From the human T2T-CHM13v2.0 reference genome, Homo sapiens, in NCBI RefSeq assembly GCF_009914755.1, contig NC_060940.1: DNA of 64,000 nt; one strand, 5' to 3'. Position 1 is the stretch's first letter. Each line of letters starts with the position of its first letter. Below, piece by piece: positions 38,594-51,439 of this stretch. The translations under genes were made by a program, and so were the position numbers. The notes beneath the pieces were generated by a model. The model was not told where the DNA came from and did no database searches. It worked only from the letters and a program-made list of their open reading frames with translations.

Positions 38594-41241
38594 ACCACAC
38601 ATACAACTGAACCCATAACACAGCTACCTTACTGGAAAAGCCCAGAGTGAAATCCACACATCCCTCACAGCACACGTGTGAACAGAGCTCGCATCGACAT
38701 TATCAGGCCAGTTCATCAAGTCTCTCTTCTCCTTAAACAAGAGAACAACTCAAAGCAGCTGAGCGCACACATCAGCGCTGGGGCTGCCGGCAAATCAGGA
38801 CACCCTGCCTCCTGCGCCAACACGACCTGCTCTCTGTGGCTCTTCCGGCCTTTCTCGTCTCGTGCTACCCTGCCGAGACTGCCTTCCCTGCAAGTCCACT
38901 GACACAGGGCTCCACCACGCCCAGCCTGCTGGTGTGTCAAGCGGCTCAGAGAACCACCTCCTCAATAAGCATATCTGAGACCTGAGCCAGGAGAGCTCCC
39001 TCTTTCCTCCACTGCTTACTGATCTTCATCAGACCAGGCACAGAGAACAGGAGTGACAGGTGCCACCTCGCCATCAATGCCAGGGCCAGGATCTCCTTTC
39101 CCCACATTCCTTCTGCATCCTACCCAGGCCACCACTACCACCCTTACCCTAAAACCTGCGGGCACAGAGGCTGGGATCCTCTGTGAAGCGCAGGCCAGGT
39201 TCACTCAGCAGTCTGTTCACACAGCTGCTCCAGAACTCCAGCATCAGACCCTCAAGGGCACAACCCAAATCTCTTTGTTCCTAGAGCACACCCCAGGTGC
39301 AGAAGCCAAGCAGCCCTTTCACAGACGTTCTGAGGTCCTGGGACCCCCACCCACATCACCCGTGTGAACATGACAGGTTTTTGATCCAAACACACAGCTC
39401 ACGCCTCCACACTCTCGGGGTGAAACCACACCATACACGACCTCTTTGGGAGCCAATGCTCAGTGGAGGCATGGAGCATGCTGAAGCCGAAGCTTGGTGG
39501 CAGTGGCAGGAGCTCAAGAGGATGGGGGCGAGGCCTGAGCTGTATGCAAAGTATTCTGCACCCTTGCAGAGCTGGCTGCTCCCCGTGAATGCTGAGTCCC
39601 AGGACCCAACCCCACGAGATGAGGAAGATGAGGCCAGGGCGGCGACGTGAAGCTATCCCAACACTCTGACTGCTTAGCCACAGAAGAGCAGGGACCACCG
39701 GGAAGCGTGACCTGCCCTTGCGCCTTTCTGCCTCACTGCTGAAGGCCGCACATCAGCACCCTGACCACCCACCTCCTCAGGAGCTCAGCAGGACACGCCC
39801 ATCACGACCACCAAACCCTGACTCTCCGTAGGCTTCACACACACGTGTGTCCCCGCCTGTGAGCTCGGCGGTGTGGTGCTGACCAAGCACTGGCTTCAGC
39901 TCATCCTTCGCTGGTGGCTGCAAGCCATGGAACCCACCCAGCCCTGCACACGGCACGAGGAGCTTGGGACAGAGCAAGTGGGAGCAGACACTTGGATGCT
40001 GCCCAGACATCAAGGGTCTCAGAGCTGCTGTCGTTTAGCACCTGCACGTGTCCGTATTCACAAAATGCTTCACGATTCACCAAAAAGAAGTGGACTGAGT
40101 CGCCATCATGTTGCTGCTGAGGGGAAGGCCGTCTTGCTGGTTATGTTCGCGTGTGGAACCCCTGCTGAGCTCACACCACACCAAACCCACAACATGAGCA
40201 GAGAGGCTGCAGCACAGCAGCACAGGAAGCAGCAAGAGGCCTCACAGGTAGTGACCTGGGGACCAGAAGGCGGCCCAGAGCAACCGGCAACCAGGAACAC
40301 ACTGAGGGGACCCTGCCCACCAGGGACCACCGAGGGTCAGACAGGTCACAGATGAACGGCCTGCCACACTGGCCAAGAAGTTAGGAGGAGCAAGGAGGCA
40401 CGAGGATCAAAGGACGACAGCGACAGGATGGCAGGAGCTGACACACATCCTGCACAGCAAGGCCCTGCCTCACCATTCACTCCACCAGACACGATACTGT
40501 GCCTGCTGCAGAGACAGGAAGCTGACTCAGGAGACACCTGACTTGTTGACGGTCACAAAGATAACACATGGCAAAGCCTGAACTTGAACCTGGATCTGTC
40601 CAAGTTCACATTCGCTGGGCACACCCCAGAACTCGGCGTCTCCCCTCACAGTGCAGGACAGGAAGTCTGTACTTCCTAACACCCCAGAACCCAGCAGCAC
40701 CCGCCAATACTGCAGGACAGGAAGTCTGCACCCCAGGAAACTGCATCACCCCCCACACTGCAAGGCAGGAAGTCTGCACACCAGGAATCAGCGTTAACCG
40801 CACATTAATAAAATGCAGTGGTTTTGATTGGCATCCCATTTTCCTATTCACATTTAGAATAAACCACAGTTGGAAGTAACGTGGCCCAGCATTGCTTGCA
40901 GTCAGGATATCTGAATGCCTGACAGGCCTAACAGGAGCCAGGACAGAAATCCTGGACTTCTGGGGGTAGAAACGTGCAGCCACATTGAGGCTCAGGCCAA
41001 CTTCTGTACATAAAGCTATTATTTAACGCTTGACTTCGGTCCCCAAATAACAAATACAAAAAAAGCAAGGCCACTTTGGGAAAGATCACTCCTCACCACC
41101 CTCTCCACTCCTGGCTGCAGACAGAGGCACGAGGAAAGGGCCGGAGGGCGGAGAACAGGCCACAGGCGGGCAGCACCCCATTCCCACCTCATCCCCATCT
41201 GGGTGCGGTGAGCATGCAGGGCTGGGAGGGGGCAGCATTAC

Positions 41242-41328
41242 CTTTTTCCCAGTCTGCTTCTCCACCATGTCGCTGCTGAGGGGAAGCTCTTCCTGCTGTG
41301 GTGCTTTAGGGCACCCACCCTTGGGCAT
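41242..41328 (-). CDS. ANKRD11: ANKRD11 first coding exon (exon 3), CDS part, aa 1-29 MPKGGCPKAPQQEELPLSSDMVEKQTGKK
   Basis: ATG at 41328-41326 (GACGATGC context). Recognised ANKRD11 N-terminus. Donor AAG|gtaatg at 41241. 87 nt, phase 0 into the next exon. Confidence 0.97.
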
Positions 41329-41387
41329 CGTCCTGCTCCTCACCCGATCTTCATTTACACGGCCGGCGCTTCATCATCAACCGTCTG
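41329..41387 (-). other. ANKRD11: 5'UTR portion of ANKRD11 exon 3, with a tandem NAGNAG acceptor and two uORFs
   Basis: Polypyrimidine tract (tcttctcttttg) followed by aag/cag acceptors at 41389-41385. uATGs are visible in the UTR. Confidence 0.85.
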
Positions 41388-44300
41388 CTTCAAAAGAGAA
41401 GACACACAATTCACTGAATTCAGAGGCAGCTCAAAACTCATCCACTCTCACACCGCACTCAACAGACTCAGTAACTAGTCAAGGCAGGCAGCTGCTCTGA
41501 TCAGGGCTGGGGCCCGGGCCAGGCCCAGGAAGGGACTTCTCAGGATACGCCTCCCATAAAGGGGTCACCAGCAACAGGAATGGCAGCTTTGAGCAGGAAG
41601 GAGAACAGAGAAGGGTCAAGCACTTTGTAGTGGCAGAAAGGGACGCATGGCCTAGGGTGTGGCTGTGTTCTGGGTGGCAGTCAGCAGCACCTGGATCCTG
41701 GGTCCCACCTGGTACAGGCTACACCCAAAACGGTCAGGCACCACAAGGCAGTCCCTTCCCCGCATTACAGGCAAGGTCACAACACGCAGCGCAGTACCCC
41801 AGCCCTCAGGTCTGGCAGGTCATGTCCACAGCCCCAGCCTCACGCCCCACTCACCACCTGGGAAGGAGCTCCTGTCCCCACCAGGCCTGTGCTTTTTGCA
41901 CACCCAGTTCCCTAACTTGGTAGGCAAGGGGTGTCTCTGAGCGAGTCCCAGCAGCTCCGAGGTCCCAACTCCACGCCCATGGAAGCAGACGCCCCCTCGG
42001 GCCTCAGGCTCCAGCTCCTGGGTTTCCCAGGAAATCCGAGGACACATACTGTATTAATTGTATATTATTTTTATTTATTAATCATGTTTTATTTTAGGAA
42101 ATTTTGCCATCTTAACAAGTTTCTGGCCAGGGAGAGACTGCCCCTCTCTCAGGGCTGGCAAATTCCTAGATAGCCAAGGGCTCCCATGCAACCCAATCAC
42201 CTTCTTACCCAAGTTCACGCCCAGGCCAAGCCCTGCCTGAAACCAGCGCAGAGCCAGGTAAAGGAAACTAGAAAGTGTCCCTACAGCACAAAGCCTGCAA
42301 GAACTTTCCGAAGCAGCCACTCCCGAACTATTTGCTCTGCCCCGTCCCTCTCTTTCTGCAGGAAACCCAACAGGCAGTTGGGGGAGGCCTTCCCCGAGCC
42401 CCTGCTTCCGACTCCCACCCCCGTGGTGTGAGGCTGCCCCTCTGCGACACACGGTGCGAGCGCACTTCTTCCTTCCCAGCCTCGTCCTGGTCTCTTCTGT
42501 GGCGATGCCAACTTCCCCACGCCACGCCTGGCATGGACACTCTCGGAGCATGGGCCTCCTCCCTGCCTGTGGGCCTTCTAGGTTTGTTCACCATCACAGC
42601 CAGGCCTCCCGGGTGCACTCACGAGAGGAATGGGGGACACACCTACACACCCACACCCAAAGCCACTGTCCCCCCATCATGTCCTCGCCGCACCGTCAGT
42701 TAGAAAACATTTCATACAAATGGAACTGTGTGCACGTCTCTGCCCTTTCCGCCACAGCAGCACCTCTGTGCGCGACCATGCCGGGAGAAGCAGCTTCTGC
42801 AACTCGCTCCCCTGCATTTACCCATCTCGCTCATGCACGAAGTATGGCTTTTGAAACACGATGTGCAGACCCATCTGTGAGTGGCAGCTCCACTGTGAGC
42901 CTCTCCCACCTCCACCCCGTCAGCTAAAGGATACGTTGCATGCCACCTGCCCCTGGACGCAGGCTTGGCTGAGACCACAAGATGCTTCTCCTCCAACACC
43001 ATCTCATGACCTGCTTTGTCTTTCTAAAATAAATGATAAAATCCCACCAACTGCTGTCTTGGTATTTAACTGGTACAAGAACACAGGTGAAGTTATTCTG
43101 GAGAGAGGGACAGGTCGGGTCAACGTATTCACTGCCTGACACCTCCACCCGCGGTGCAGGTGAGCAGGTGTTTCCATCCACCATCCCTGATGCCTGAGGC
43201 CAGACATATTTTCTCTCTCTACCTGAACCAATGAATTTTACATTCTCTTCCAATTTTCCACCACAAAACCGGAATGTCTCAGCCTGGAGAAAGGGCATCT
43301 CAGCACCTGACTCGGAAGGCTGTTCAAGCTCATGGCTGTCTAGAAACTCAGTGGTAATGTTTACAAGTTTAAGGATTATCTGGAATTAACATTTTAAAAA
43401 ATCCAGACTGTCTGCTCTCAGGACGGAAAAACGGGGCCTTCACCATGTAGAGTCCACCGTCCTGATCCCAGATGTGAGTCTGTGGCCCACGGACACACTC
43501 AACAGCTCTGGCGTGGTCAGGGCGCAGACCCCACGGCCTCCGGACGGTGTCTGGGCCCCGACAGTGCGGGGCTTATCACTTCACTCCTGAGACACCTGAT
43601 TCTCTTCATGTCCCTAGCTTGGTGCTTTGCCCAGGCACCTTCCCCAATGGACCAGGGATCTGGGAGTCCACTCAGGAGGTGGAGGAAGTGGGTCGCACCC
43701 ACCAGGCAAAATACTTTTCACGGCCTGCATCACAGCGAACACTCCGGGGACTCGGGAGTGTTGTCCCAGGTGTACGCTGTGTTTTCTGGAGACGTTTCTC
43801 CAGCCACCTGCACGATGACAGCTAAGACCATCCAGGCCGTGGCCCTTCCAGGACCCTCGTGTCCGCCTGGCCTTGGCTACAACATGTTACCGATGGCAGC
43901 GATGTGCTCGAGGCCCTGCAACCCCAGCCCCCGCCTCTCCATGAACCACCACCCTCATCACAGTCATGGAGATGGTGACAGCTGAGATGTCCTGCTGAAG
44001 CATCTGCTGGATGTGGATGAAGCTGGTTTGGATGTAGCTGCCATCTAGCCCAGGCTACACCTCCCAGGACCCGCCTGCAGGCACCAGGCGTGCAGCACGC
44101 GGCCCACTCTAGAGTCTTTTTCAATGAGAGACCAGATGAGGACAGAGGCTCCAGTTGCTTTTGTTCTGTTCCAAGACTTGCCATCCCAGTCCTCCCAGAA
44201 GCTGCCCTGGTGATGCCTCTGGCACCTTTGGCCCCCACACTGCCCTGTGTTCCCTCCACCAGGCTCAGGGCTGGTCAGCCTCACCCCTTGCCGTGAAATG

Positions 44301-45674
44301 GCAGAGCCAGCCGAGGGCCGAGGAACCGTTACTCAGCCGTGTCAGTGACTTCTACCAGGGGCTGCACGGCACTCAGGAGTCAGGCCAACAGGCTCTGCTG
44401 ACTCATGGGTGTTGTCTGAGGGTGGGGGCTGTGATGATGTCCCCAGGCCTCCCTGGCAGGGCTGTCACATAAAACAGTCCTTGAAGCTGGGAGTCCCCTC
44501 TTTAGACAGTTCCGCAGCCCCTGTGCCTTCTCATCACGATGCTGCACAGCCGACCACACAACAGAAGGCACCGGGTCTCACTCCCGGGGGAGACTCTTCC
44601 CTGGAAGGTGACTTGGCTGTCCCTGCCTAGACTCATTTTAAGTGCAGCCTAAATCTCCCTCATTTCCAAGTTATCAGGCAAAGTCTATTTTAAACTCACG
44701 ACCCTTGAATCAGCAGGAAACTGAAACACGCCTCAGGCCACTGGGGCTGACTCACGCCCTGTGCTGAGCGGCAAGGCACAGCCGCGGGAAGGTAAACGCA
44801 GAGCCGAGGGGCCGGCCAGCACCTGGCCCTGACCGCCCCCAGGCCACGCATTCCTTGTTACTTCACCTCCTGGCGGATGGCAACCGTCCCAGCTTCGTGG
44901 ACTGTCAGGGTCACCGAGAGTCCAGGGTGGTGGGAGTCCCCCACACGAGCCACTGGCACACTCCCTGAAGCAGAAGCCACGGCGCCAAAGCTGTGGGCTC
45001 AGGGAACTTGCCCATTACCTGGCAGCCCCGCATCTGTGCCAAAATAAGACACAACTCAGCCCAGCGGAGTGGACAGTGTCTGCGGCCAGCTCTGGGATCC
45101 AGGGCCAGCTGATGCTGGGAACAGCCGTCCTTGCCCTGTGCCTCTCCACACTGCGAGAGCCCCTGCAGCCCAGAGGGGCTCCACCTCCCCTGCAATGGGG
45201 CTCAAAAGACAATCCTTCTACGGGGCTGGCAGGACAGACGTGACAGGAACAACGATGGCCTGCTCCTCCCGGAAGGTGGCTTCAAGAGCACTCAGGAGGT
45301 GACAGATGCTGTCAAGACCGGCCCAGGGAAGGCACAGGGCAGGTTTCCCAGCACCCACCACGCGCCAGCGAGCACAGAGCCTTCGCCTGAACCATCCAGG
45401 CACCGCGCCCTCCCCCTCCGCACACACAGGAGCCCAGCTGCGATTCCCTCTGCTCCACAGGAGATGCAGCGAGCACCAAAGAGCCTTCCTCCAGGATTAA
45501 GCCTGATGCAGAAGTGGTTACACTGACTACGGCAAGGTCAGTTTGGCAAAACCCCCAGGAATTTCAGCCTATCTGGTCTCTTCAGCTGACAAGAGCAGGC
45601 ACTGGTGGGGAATCCGGCGCTGCCTCTCCCCGGCTTCTAGGATCTGAGCTGGGCCAGGACAACCCTGAGACACC

Positions 45675-45825
45675 TGTCGGGCGGGGCAGGACTGGGGCTG
45701 CAGGGCGGGACTGTGGGGAGGGGACTGTGGGGCGGGGCCTGCAGGGCAGGGTGTGGGGCGGGAGCTGCGGGGCGGGGACTGTGGGGCCGGGTGGGGAGCC
45801 GCAGCTGCGGGGCAGGGGCTGCCCA
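45675..45825. promoter_or_regulatory. GC-box cluster, possible intronic promoter or enhancer
   Basis: About five GGGCGG Sp/KLF-type motifs within ~100 bp, in a degenerate G-rich repeat. Confidence 0.35.
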
Positions 45826-46073
45826 GGAGCACTCCTTGCCAGAGGCCTTGGCATCACCAGGGAGTCCGTGGACCATGGAGACTCACGGGTCCCCTCGGGC
45901 CTTCTGAACCCAAACCTGCATTTTAAGCATGTTCTGTTCTGCACACTAACACCTGAGAAGGACCGTATAAGAAAAAACTTGTAATGACACAACTAATCTT
46001 AAAACTCACAGAAAAAAAAAAAGACTTCTTTGGGGTTGAAATTCACCTTCAATAAAGGGATGGAATGTAAGCA

Positions 46074-46502
46074 GAGCTGACCATGAACAACCTGGGTCTG
46101 GGTTTGCACTGCGTGGGTTCACTTACACGCAGATTTTCTTCCACCTCTGCCTCTCCTGAGACAGCAAGACCCATCTCTCCTCTTCCTCTTCAGCCTCCTC
46201 AACGTGAAAACCCGGAGGACGAAAGCCATTCGTGGAGACCCGCTGCTGCTGCGCGAGGCTTAAGTCTATTTTCTCCTCATGATCTCAGTATTTTCACGTC
46301 TCTAGTTTGCTCTACCCTAACAGTAAGAGCAGAACACACATAACATACAAAATGTGTGTGACTGGCTTTATGTGGTCAGGAAGGCTCTGGTCAACAGAAG
46401 GCTGTTAGTTAAGTTTGGGGAAAGTTAAAAGTTCTACACAAATTTTCAACTGCACAGGAGGCTGGCGCCCCCAACCCCTGTATTGTTCAAGGGTTTGCTG
46501 TA
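46074..46502. mobile_element. Tigger2a-like non-autonomous DNA transposon
   Basis: Degenerate terminal inverted repeats agctgaccatgaacaac / attgttcaagggtttgctg. Internal ctgagacagcaagacc..cctcttcctc..ctcaacgtgaa. Confidence 0.75.
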
Positions 46503-47154
46503 ATTTGTATTAAAACACCAAGCCCCCTTACACCTGGGTGAGTCTCTCTCCCTGAACAGATGTGACAACATTACCCTCCGAAGACTCCCAGAGAGAAAGA
46601 GAACACTTCAAATTCAGATTTGTCTTCCACAGTATGTTGATAGAACAGGCCTTTACGTACGTCCTGGGCAAATGCTCCTCTCCTTATGTAAGTTAATAAC
46701 TCCACCAACCACTAGTTTGTGTAATGACCATTTAAATATCGAATGGTGCCCAAGGCCCCTGAGAAGGGATGTGATTCAGCCCCTCCCCTCACGCAGGCAC
46801 GTGGCCTCAGAGGCCCAGGAGGAGGAAGACAGGAAGTCAGCAGCAGGGTGGAAAAGGGGAGGGAAGCCCTTCAAGGGAAGCTCTCCCAGAACCTTCAATC
46901 CCAGCTCCAATTCCAAAGACAGGAACACACTCATGACTGACAGGATCAAACACCAAAGGCCTGTTTGCCTTGAGGGGGACACTGGGGAGGGTGGGGAAGG
47001 GGGAGTGAGGAGGAGCTGGAAGCAGCAGTCCTGTGTGGCACCAGGGGCTTGCTCCCACGTCGGCCCTGGGCACAGCCCCGCATGGTGATGAGGTGTGGCC
47101 TGCCTGCAGCACACGGCCATGCTCCAGATACCTTAGCTTTATCTGAAGAGTTCT

Positions 47155-47370
47155 TTTGTTTGTTTGTTTGTTTGTTTGAGACAGCTGTGTTGCCCAGGCT
47201 GGAGTGCAGCGGTGTGATCACAGCTCACTGTAGCCTCCGCCTCCTGGGCTCAAGCTATCCGCTCACTTGAGCCTCCCAAGTAGCTGGGAGTACAGGCCCG
47301 TGGCACCATGCCCGGCTAATTTCTGTACTTTCTGTGGAGTCGGGTTTCGCCATGCTTCCGAGGCTGGTGT
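47155..47370 (-). mobile_element. Partial Alu (AluJ-like)
   Basis: (TTTG)n tail, gttgcccaggctggagtgcag...gtagctggg. Confidence 0.88.
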
Positions 47371-47709
47371 CTGAAGGATGCTTTACGGCAACCCCTGCCT
47401 TTTCCAGCTGAGCCCTGCCGGCTGTTGTGCGCTCCGTGGAAAGGGAGAAGCACGGTCTCCAGCGGCTGCGTCAGGAGTGGTGCCTTGTGCACACCTCACA
47501 GGGAGAGAAGTCTCCAACGGACTGAGCGGAGGAAAAAAGAAAAAACGAGAAAAGGAAAAAGAGCTGCATACCTGGCAGGCCTACTGTGTGCAAAGCCCTT
47601 GAGTGACACACCCTATGACCCACAGCACTGTGGCAATCCCAGGTATGGAAGAGAAGCACCACTGGCCTCTCACCTCTCACCATCTCAGTGGGCAAGGGGA
47701 GAGCAAGCA

Positions 47710-47935
47710 GCCCAGGGCAGGGGGGCTGAGCCGAGGGCAGGGGGGCTGAGCCGAGGGCAGGGGGGCAGAGCCGAGGGCAGGGGGGCAGAGCCCAGGGCAG
47801 GGGGGCAGAGCCCAGGGCAGGGGGGCTGAGCCGAGGGCAGGGGGGCTGAGCCGAGGGCAGGGGGTCTGAGCTAAGGGCACGGGGGCTAAGCCCAGGGCAG
47901 GGGGGCTGAGCCCGGGGCAGGGGAAGAGCCGAGGG
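47710..47935. repeat. Minisatellite, 20 bp unit GGGGGCTGAGCCGAGGGCAG, ~11 copies
   Basis: Direct tandem periodicity. Confidence 0.95.
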
Positions 47936-48241
47936 ACAGAGGCCCTCACAGGAACCAGGCCCTCCCGCACACCGCCTGACAGTCCACGTCAGCGTCTCTG
48001 TCCAGCCTCCACACACCCCTGCACGTTCTGAAGAGCCCTCCCCAAGAGTCCAACTCTCTCTCCTTCCTCCTCAGGGCCGCACCAGCTCTCTCTCCTTCCC
48101 CTCCTCAGGGCCACACCAACTGTGGGGTTCCAGCTATCACTCTGTGCAAAGGACTCCTAACATGGGTGTCCTCCGTCTCACCCCATAAGCCACACTGGCC
48201 AAGGCCAGGCAGGCACCACACATCGCGAGGTAGAATCTCTT

Positions 48242-48424
48242 TGCTACGGTTTGAATGTTTGTGTCGGCCCCTCCCCTGCACCCCAAAATTCACAGGTTCA
48301 AACCAAACCCCCAGTGTGCCCAGCTACTTTTTGTATTTTTGGTAGAGACAGGGTTTCACCATGTTGGCCAGGGTGGTCTCCATCTCTTGACCTCATGATC
48401 TGCCGGCCTCGGCCTCCCAAAGTG
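48242..48424. mobile_element. MST/MLT1-type LTR 5' fragment fused to a reverse Alu left-arm fragment
   Basis: tgctacggtttgaatgtttgtgtc..ccaaaattcac, then tttgtatttttggtagagacagggtttcaccatgttggccagg..cctcccaaagtg. Confidence 0.65.
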
Positions 48425-48746
48425 CCCCACGGCACAACGCTCTCTACTGCAGCCCTGTTTCCACTCACATTTTCTGTTATCACGGCGGGGGGTGGCAGCA
48501 CCGAGAGCGCGTTCAGCATTACTGGCCTCTGCTTTGCCCCTCAGACACATGCTTGGTCACTGGGCTGTGGAACATACAGGAGCCCCGTGCTCCGGAACAC
48601 GGACCACCCGACAGGAGCACGGACACAGCAGTCGGGGCGACGTGGGTGCCTCACAGAAGAGGGAAAAAGCCAGGAGGGCGGCACGTGGGCGCAAAGTTCT
48701 CAGCTTCGTTAGTCATCAAGAAAATGCAAACTAAAACCAAGGTAAG

Positions 48747-49273
48747 TGTGAGGGTTACTACTGAGTTTCAACTTGACTGGACTAAAGGATGTGTAACTGT
48801 TCCTGGGAGCATCTTGAGGAAGCTGCCAAAGGAGATTCACATTGAGTCAGTGGACGGGGAGAGGCCGACGAACCCTCCATCTGGGGGGGCATGATCTCAT
48901 CAGCTGCCAGCACGGCAGATCTGCGGAAGCACTGGACTGGCTGAGTCTTCCAGCCTCCATCTTTCTTCCATGCTGGATACTTCCTGCCCTCGAACATCAG
49001 ACTCCAAGTGCTTCAGCTTTTGGGTTCTTGGACCTACACCAGTGGTTTGCCAGGGGTTCTTGGGCCTTCGGCCACAGACTGAAAGCTGCGCTGTTGGCTT
49101 CCCGACTTTTGAGGTTTGGGGACTCGGACTGGCTTCCTGGCTCCTCAGCTTGCCAACAGCCTATTGTGGGACTTCACCTCATGACTGTGTGAGTCAATAC
49201 TCCCAATAAACTCCCCTCCATATATACATTTATCCTATTAGTGCTGTCCCTCTAGAGAACCCTGACTCGTACA
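48747..49273 (+). mobile_element. MLT2A-type (HERV-L) solo LTR
   Basis: tgtgagggttactactgagtttcaacttga..gagattcacattgagtcagtggac..aataaactcccc..ccctctagagaaccctgact..aca. Confidence 0.8.
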
Positions 49274-49567
49274 CACAAGTACTGGTGAAGGGGTGGAGCA
49301 AAGGAAACTAGTCCACTCTCATCAGGGCCAACTCACGCACCTGGCAATCTCTACTCATACTGAACACAAGTATGCCCTATAGCCCAGCAATGCCATTCTG
49401 GACATACACGTCCAAAAGAAAAGCAGGTGCACAGACACAAGAGACACGCGTGAAGTGCTTCATAGCAGTGGGGTTTGCGGCGTGCCACTAGGATGTGAGG
49501 GTGGAACACTACACAGCAGAGGAGGCAAACACATCACAACGTAAGTCAATCTCACAAATAATGTTGA

Positions 49568-49758
49568 GGAACCCTGTCTCTACGAAAAGTTTAAAAATTA
49601 GCCGGGCACTGTGGTGCATGCTGGCGGTCTCAGCTACCAGGGAGGCTAAGGCAGGAGGATCACTTGAGCCCAGGAGGTCGAGGCTGCGGTAAGCCAAGAT
49701 CATGCCACTGTACTCCAGCCCGGGCGTCAGAGCCAGACCCTCTCCCCTCTCCCCTCTC

Positions 49759-49804
<46 letters not shown>
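49568..49804 (+). mobile_element. Alu right arm with a (CT)n(CA)n microsatellite tail
   Basis: aaaaattagccgggc..gagcccaggaggtcgaggctgc, then CT and CA runs. Confidence 0.88.
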
Positions 49805-49809
<5 letters not shown>

Positions 49810-50770
49810 ATAATGTTGGGGACAAAATACATGATACATTTACATAAATTTCTGAAAATAGCAACTACAGTACTTAGGGATGCATACTTAGTTGACAAGA
49901 CATCCGCGAAGCGTGGAAAATGGCTGCCTGGCGGATGGAATTGGAAGGGACGGTGAAACGGGTTCTAAGTGAAGGCTGCGGAGGCGTTTGCTTTGTGGTC
50001 TGCTAAGTTGTACATTTTTACTGGGTGGACGTTTGGGTTCTCAGCTGAAGCAGTCTTTCAGAAGGTGACAGAGATAAAGGCCACACTATGTCCTTGCAAG
50101 GCCTCAGAGGTGTCACTGACCTTTTGCTGCAGGACCTGTTCTTCTCAGGGGTCTTGGCCTCCTAGAGGAAGGAGGGCCCCATCGCCCTGCTAGGCCCTAC
50201 TGGGACCCTCAAGGGCATGAGCATGACGACGGAGCAGCTTCAGGCTTCCCAGCATGTCGGGCAGGCCTAGCCATGCCCAATACACACTGCAGGGCACCCA
50301 CTGCAGAGTGCAACAGGGAGCTTGGAGCCTGACAAGGAGACACACAGCTCTGTGAAGACGAAGGGGAGGAGGAGCAAGGAAAATGCTTCTTTTACACAGA
50401 AGGCGCCAAGATACAAACTAAATGTGATGAAGACAAAGAAAAGCAGGCGTGTGTGTTAAAGGTACAATTGCACAGCTAAAAATAATCATGGCCGTAAGGC
50501 AGGGACGGCAGATGGAGGGTGACTCAGCAGATTTCCTCCAAGGCTTGCGAGGGTGGAAATAAACACACGGAAGTGACCAGCAGAGAGAAACACGCAGGGA
50601 AGAGGAAGGTTAGAAAGGTCTGGGGTGTCACGCACCGTTGCTGGGAATGCAGAGGAGGACGGTCTGCAGAAGGGGACGCAGCCACCGCCCCCCCCACCCC
50701 GCTGCAGAAGGTGCACACCACTCAGCAACCACCCACCCACTGCTCAATCTACCCCCAAATTACACAAATA

Positions 50771-51078
50771 GGGCCAGGCACGGTGGCTCACCCCTGTGGT
50801 CCCAGCTACTCAGGAGGCCAAGGCAGGGGGGTCATTTGGGCCCAAGAGTTTGAGACCCGGGCAATGTAGGGAAACCTCATCTTTACAAAAATATCAAAAA
50901 ATTAATCAGTCGAGGTGGCACGCACCTGTAATCCCAGCTCCTTGGGAGCCTGAGGCAGGAAGACCCCTTGGGCCCAGGAGGTCGAGGCTGCAGTGAGCTA
51001 AGATTGCACCACTGCACTCCAACCTTGGTGACAGAGCAAGACCCTGTGTGAAAAAAACCCAAACCCCAAACCAAAAAA
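50771..51078 (+). mobile_element. Alu (AluJ-like)
   Basis: Diverged Alu dimer with an A/C-rich tail. Confidence 0.9.
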
Positions 51079-51289
51079 ACACAACCGGGGCATGAAAAAG
51101 TGCTTGGCCCAGAGCAGTGCCCCAAAGCATCTCCTAAGAAAGGGGCTTAACACAAAGCCTGCCCGCCAGGGGCTGCTGGTGGCATCCGGGCACATCTGCA
51201 CGTGGGGCTGACAGGACTAAGGAGGTTCCACAGACACACGACCAGGCGGAGACGCAGAGAAAAGCAGGTACAGCAAGAAGTCCACTGGG

Positions 51290-51432
51290 CAATGCAGAGG
51301 TGGGGAATGCAGAGGGGGAATGCAGAGGTGGGGAATGCAGAGGTGGGGAATGCAGAGGTGGGAAATGCAGAGGTGGGGAATGCAGAGGTTGGAAATGCAG
51401 AGGTGGGGAATGCAGAGGTTGGAAATGCAGAG
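51290..51432. repeat. 15-bp tandem repeat GGGAATGCAGAGGTG, ~9.5 copies
   Basis: Direct periodicity, at the 5' edge of an L1 ORF2 fragment. Confidence 0.95.
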
Positions 51433-51439
51433 GGCACCT

